Positions 34,401 through 35,738 of a stretch of DNA of 35,738 nt are shown here, one piece after another (the first letter of the stretch is position 1; each line of letters starts with the position of its first letter). Origin of the DNA: Candidatus Undinarchaeota archaeon (GTDB lineage Archaea; SpSt-1190); contig CAZJUS010000006.1 in the NCBI GenBank assembly GCA_964549355.1, positions 1 to 35,738 of the forward strand, written 5' to 3'. A model generated the notes under the pieces. The model searched no databases and was not told the DNA's origin. It saw only the letters and a program-made list of their open reading frames with translations. Position numbers and translations under genes: made by a program.

Positions 34401-35738
34401 CGTTGTCCCCCCCGTCTGGATCCCAAGTATATGTGTATGTCCCGTTGTTGTGGTCTGTGATTTCGGCAGAATATTTGATGTATGTGTCGAGGTTGTTGCG
34501 CAAATACAGCTGTGGAGTAGTCCCCGGCTTTCCATAGTCGCAGTCGTCGTATGTCCAGAAGCTTACAGGAACATTGTCTTCATATTTTTCATAATATTCT
34601 CCATCCGGAGAGTCTATTGAAATATTGATCCAGCTCCTTATTGATACATTGAATTGCGTGGAGTTGATTTTCTTATAGCATGTGGAGCCGGGCATGTCTG
34701 TGGTTTCGTACATCCATTTCTGCAGGCCGACATCGTAGCTGCAGTTGGGGTCGAAGTTGTATGTGAAGTATGAATTCGGCAGGCCGCTCAGGTCGAAGGT
34801 GCCGAGGTATGTGAAATTGCCGTGGTCTTTTGTAATCCACAGGCGAGCTTTGGCTTCATTCACCGACATGTTTATCTGGTCGTCTATGTCATAAAGATAG
34901 GCTTTCAGGTCGGTATTGTCTGTGTTGTTCCTCCAAAGCCAGACATTGTTGCCGTTCTGGACTCCAATATATACGTCATCTTCTTCTATAGTAAAGTTAT
35001 GGGGCAGAGTCTTGGTGCTGTAAACTTTGCTTTCTGATTCATACCCTGCGGGCTGTGCTGTTGAATCGTTGGCCACTATCCTGAATTGATAGTCTTCCAT
35101 GTCATCGCATTGGAAATTGTTTTTGGCCAGCCAGACCAAACTGTGGTTGCACGGGCTGCAGTCGGCGTAATTGACACCGGAAGTGCCGGAACTGCTTGAG
35201 GTTATGAGCAGTTTTTCCCATGCGTCCCAGCCCGCCCCATTCCATTTGCGGTAGAACAAATACAGCCTCACGCTGTCTTGGTCTTCGTCGGTCACATAGA
35301 CGGAGTAATTGAAGGTCTCCGAGTACCCCCCGACATTGCCGGTATCGCCGTCTTCACTGCTGGTGTTGACTGTTTCGTTCTCCAAGACGGGTGCGGTCTC
35401 TACGAAGAAGGCTCCCGCCCCGTTGCCCGACATTGGAGCAGTCTTCCAGGTGTAGTTATAGTCAAACCACGGCTGTTTTTCTGCTTCCAGATAAATGTCA
35501 TACCATCCGGATTTCATATCAGTGGTGTTCCTTTCGCAACTGTAGTTTCCAAGCCCGATATCCGAGACAGGATAGCAGCTGTAGTTGGCAGGGCCTGCAA
35601 ATGTCAAATTTGCTGAAGCGCCTTCGATAAGCTTCCCGCACTCATCTTCGATGCTCATATTCACCGTGACGTTGGTGCTCCTCAAGAACACAGTTCTGTC
35701 GTCAAGGGACGCATTCTTGGTGGCATCAATTGAAGGGA
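22495..35738 (-). CDS. Giant (>4413 aa, 5'-truncated) surface protein with single TM and C-terminal HerA/FtsK/VirB4-like (DUF87-type) ATPase
   Basis: The frame stays open to the right edge. Repeated Cys-pair/Ig-like sequon-rich ectodomain; CGDEVC...CPQDC motif (24469-24531) and poly-Gly linker; TM (~23607-23682); Walker A GATGSGKT (23413-23436); IIVFDP; Walker B LLVFDEVH; REFRKWG; ISQ. Confidence 0.93.
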   Translation of the reverse strand, partial: PSIDATKNASLDDRTVFLRSTNVTVNMSIEDECGKLIEGASANLTFAGPANYSCYPVSDIGLGNYSCERNTTDMKSGWYDIYLEAEKQPWFDYNYTWKTAPMSGNGAGAFFVETAPVLENETVNTSSEDGDTGNVGGYSETFNYSVYVTDEDQDSVRLYLFYRKWNGAGWDAWEKLLITSSSSGTSGVNYADCSPCNHSLVWLAKNNFQCDDMEDYQFRIVANDSTAQPAGYESESKVYSTKTLPHNFTIEEDDVYIGVQNGNNVWLWRNNTDNTDLKAYLYDIDDQINMSVNEAKARLWITKDHGNFTYLGTFDLSGLPNSYFTYNFDPNCSYDVGLQKWMYETTDMPGSTCYKKINSTQFNVSIRSWINISIDSPDGEYYEKYEDNVPVSFWTYDDCDYGKPGTTPQLYLRNNLDTYIKYSAEITDHNNGTYTYTWDPDGGDNAKYGNYNITVQSHFDGYYSSYFLPVEVNKTYAFRIQSRPELWNPVYETSGDGGWGELKTFQIYYRDEDYDNNTLMLWKRKDASSSWELVDTQYKQFSASGGTVISFESRYFQCDDITPDGETSDWKVNISDPWSFNRTIADQPFTLDKDDTYIQVWYPTNTVVQREGNDNTTFRITISDLDRNHAFVGQGVNAAVFVTTDIQDVNGLWSAPILNYTNASSVASFTLDPGCEYNASMHLWRGGPYNDTCYKDYNFSTGGVNSDKSKLEIKGQLKNYIEFPPNGTKVVVGNLANFTFNITDECNSNWGALKNATVNFGFRDYAGVWENYSELELNDLGTGAYNYSWDTNFHVGEWWDVFVDSSYPYYYSNYSIWNNYIYLNNTPPTTENLSVSPAVEGWGRPFTYEVNISDAQMDNVTVRLFITTNNKVTWEYKNETVIYWGYGIAKINVTDFDCSDIGTDNYYRFEIFDGTNRFNTSDQYGPNITEDDVSVYYILGNATSVDRDGIDTTALIFEVHDDDRNNISVTDGSASFWITNDGSSYVLQPAQSTNASGFVHYDFDPGCDPRYDPMVQKWKAGITDACYVDVNLSATYQLTVMGDLLSHLQYIYQDSNPYAPPRNLTRGEEDIMADIHVWDDCSVDLPSADINVTWLSEYGNTYNCTVSDIGSGIYRCNMNTSAMKARWYDIGINASLPPYYHANLTNIESNIMFLQTRPVMKNLVCLNCPGGWGETFYFNVTITDEDLDNATLQLWIDKPGGSQFFFKENEVALDAPLINKTVTLNTTTSNFFDCPNNLGNGTFRFDIADQRGLTKKENNTFEVERDDIGFNLYKGDGEMVWRNGSGLLLLSVESIDLDRNVPLPGGVDAKVWVTTNQSSWDDGKAESTNTSGYINYNFMQELPPTNQKCDYNLGWQWWQVWANSTCYKETYSQNYSLKIMSELLPKIIKPQGEGYILGDKILIAGYVNDDCTPVENVTNVFTLNSVSGSDKYTCSKYNNYNWTEGGGWYNCTWDSGSRAKGWYDIDEDVSKTNYADNTTTKSYAFFLGEPPQLEGAGVDHDFGGWGEKYTFGVIFSDPDYHANNLTLWASKDNSSWELVDSRSVIGVELGVNFEERFTCDKMSYLANGYEFWKFRAVDPFNYSAETTPLPITLEEDDVTVSTTGGSDTEVRRMGYENATLEVLIYDTDLGVYPNQTSGLVWVTENYTNYTIKLAFNTSNGYGNVSYDPDCGSLAGDQLWKGAAMDSCYKQVNSSTAGLDVIGQLYLYPFYPAENQIINRNASTFLNTTVKDECSEWANDTTVDWYDENWNHVATGYNTSWFIPSNFPIGPRTINTNATRGHFDEGTNSTDVYVYGWSRISNIQPSSGSSYMAGISVAVKCTVKDANTRSPLPSYPVKFYKNGTYQYTGSTEISGIATWSWETTDELPGWYNISCTIENSTSMYYNATTYLAYSLIKIQRPLKIENINLNPGTVYRNNSFSPYETNVTVTILEAEIGAAENATAWFFNESFGLIGNCTTDVAGQCHITYDPGDTWVPDYYTIYINATKNGTEPSATNTTLLKVIGVLYLNITSPVNGTNFTKGDTADLIADVWDENANTSMQVTVYWYNESGFIAEGKSTTKDLKDQQTGWKNISAETFAMCNRYSGVECYDRGHDSTIIKITGLSNVQWIEPPDQLPPYDLTIYEDYNFTCRVYDGITLESIPDYYVEKWYRYGTDSYQLMSGEFTNPQGRVTDLYTPDKKGALFFKCNITDNETMLYTASTAEVEVEFNVKDNLPPEILNISVDPTSEIEANLDNVSISAIVTDNVGVNTVWASIAIPNGSYYTKTMTVHSPIIFNNLVENASNGNYGFNETVDVSQEYGEMEYFNATINNTNASKWIYFNISINDQLVFSNVSVANASATEIELVNNYTFTVPGVYNVTVDMTDGNGNGANETYLGYLKYRVNSFWYNTTYVAPIGGLYNVTIYAQDLPPENNLNSEDAGSFYVWGKTVATLEMTPDYEVAIGVTQYDSYLMNLTVNYTNKGPANAWDVNITLTEDSGGWMKLNATNHSCAVVPANSSCAFIVEVEIIPKTPPGIININGNATWMHPDKTLNYTTDISRVEVAETPLILIEEDELQGQAPHQQKTTIGNLTVISGGNVPVYDIETYPIITSGNMFIKQAGYDNYCPECELTLIPPGQGSLPSGENYTVSVRLEVPAGQAPGIYWTTIRANSSNGGYDDAILNVTVPWNSSWTSSPGSFGTILAMLNTNGTIGNITVKNIGNVYITVRVYPNGLGQNLVDIVPGEQSYLLHKMTTQESVVSYIIPPDYDQGLYDVVLSIEPKDQNNNPAMPQKREVTLTLNVTDLPPSIENISVVPQDFEVGFDAVNISADITDNFAVDSAWINVSQPADIANETFLHNGTNGDYGFWYGVNLTEFYGGMKYFNITVENLHNGTVFNGSATNDTALYFNMSINGQQVFSNESVANGTSSVFNAVPNFNFTLPGRFNITFITMLGNGTAANMTYLANLTYAIENSWYIGQMNNTNETYYTTYESGTPGIHALRICARDTRNLEGCTAPIQVQGHKNTTIDATLGEDPFNISDMRSDRDYQLNANFTLNNTGYARAFNVSADIGVPIAWTTAVTHMNTSLIFKQDKYVEVSLVTIPQGLAPGLYNITFDLNWTNLDGSNATVVDNVTVNVLANPQLELDRSSLNFTVMNNQNGTKNFTISSVGNVEVNNVSIYCISGTTCTDFNMRISPQDAGKLLPGTLVGITVNVSVPEIYETGLYNGTMLINGTYQGQAVNITMPVWLRVPINTTWENIPDVVDKDVITEESGEFQTVTLHNLGNTPALIDLSLTGDIAQYTSLNTSQVFIDLDGRSQVRIDYNAPSTMSFLTFHGSLNATNSSEEGGTVSIFTDLTMNVHPYYIDILSPTESSPVVNITANDSIVASVRAKYGYSVITNNMAFDVYLEGGGYRKMVNISNYYFDVPSTSWKINFTAPDLPTARGYDLIVVSNYTSLGLSKTKSEQKAVVYVDTEPPVVKLILPDRIGANLTATLKVNVTDPGGVSTTTMSILFPDATNHEYTPAHTGTAGDSYLYELSFSDTYLEGVYTVVGVSCDNSGNCGNASDTFTVFPIARINGTARNEENPNKPPINLTIELLEPGETASLFNITANASGEYDEIVDARSYDVYSRLPDWGVYMKLFNTPIQTDYQNPVTFGKISAEMIGAGSLIGINPSTSFSFSSGRMYFDYSRYSGITIQNLGIYHCEVWQRYVGCVNNSWTRMNNTGRSINESLIYTPSLDSIGGAYTLAEYICGDEVCETSYGESVSTCPQDCAAGGGGGGGQAAAGGGGGGGGGGIAPSPGAVTGGGQAKVPLEFKAPIIDFTIYPGESKKFTLEIINNQNETVSGTIEAEGPIWDMLEFQYDTFTIPASSTKTIEVSIKPGLETTPGVYTGDIVIKVGDLTHRLAATAAVELLEESLLDVRVKSLTPNVHPGEKFKFEVTLINMGATEDVDDVVLNYSIISLEGQEVLVTLASETVAFKDLNKFRREVDIPENAEPGRYIVEVKADYWYGRKTALSTDSFDITIVPAIVQALKRIFTWWVTWIILLLGAPGIYFGIRYGAAIRKKSKEKQRYSMPLSWDELPKAGPTSVKIGKIAGTDKTALFDLDDLTTHAIVAGATGSGKTVSAMVIAEEALKKNMSIIVFDPTAQWTGFLAPNKDEKMFRAYSKFGMKKEDAQSFKGLIFEIRSPDDIMRIDFRNWIRPGEITVFTLNKLTTKQFDQTVRNIISRIFEQPWEEASGLKTLLVFDEVHRLLEKYGGLGGYVALEKATREFRKWGLGLMVISQVLSDFKEAVKGNVLTEVQMHSKGTDIERVRKKYGDEFAARLLRQEIGVGFVQNPRYNKGKPWFVHFRPLIHSPHKLLEEELVTYKRLGDIIWKIREKIAAMKEKGQDTSDIELELKLAEDKLKTGAFRMAQIYLDGLKGRLKLE
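30250..35738 (-). repeat. Degenerate ~330-370-aa tandem repeats within the giant protein (5 units plus part of a sixth)
   Basis: Recurrent G(G)WGE.F.F.V...D.D.D...L.LW / C / E.DD / DP.C...W...CY / D(D/E)C...G.Y motifs, with units starting near 35400, 34290, 33260, 32270 and 31270. Confidence 0.85.

Noticed and set aside
35689..35691. GTG at 35691 as the true start of the giant gene
   Set aside because: The frame is open to the window edge, there is no signal peptide, and the sequence begins mid-repeat, so the gene is truncated by the window.

Overview
Archaeal chromosomal segment that looks DPANN-like. The lineage is inferred from gene content and not proven. Left half (1-13.9 kb): intron-containing tRNA-Tyr; a nucleoside-salvage RuBisCO locus (AbiEii-like nucleotidyltransferase, form III-related rbcL, ribose-1,5-bisphosphate isomerase); DUF192; a long minus-strand operon (metallophosphoesterase, rpl21e, rpoF, DUF655, rps13, rps4, rps11, rpoD) ending in a radical SAM/SPASM gene; a dual-guide C/D box sRNA predicted to target the 23S P-loop and A-loop helix; trxB-gdhA; tRNA-Gly; and moaC-DUF432-mscS. 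Right half (13.9-35.7 kb): a four-gene cell-surface locus. Its centre is a giant single-pass membrane protein (>4400 aa, 5'-truncated) with a repetitive Cys- and sequon-rich ectodomain fused to a cytoplasmic HerA/FtsK/VirB4-like ATPase. It is translationally coupled to a small membrane protein and a 711-aa coiled-coil protein, and faces a convergent 1900-aa surface protein that shares ectodomain modules with it. This locus is the best candidate for an undescribed system.
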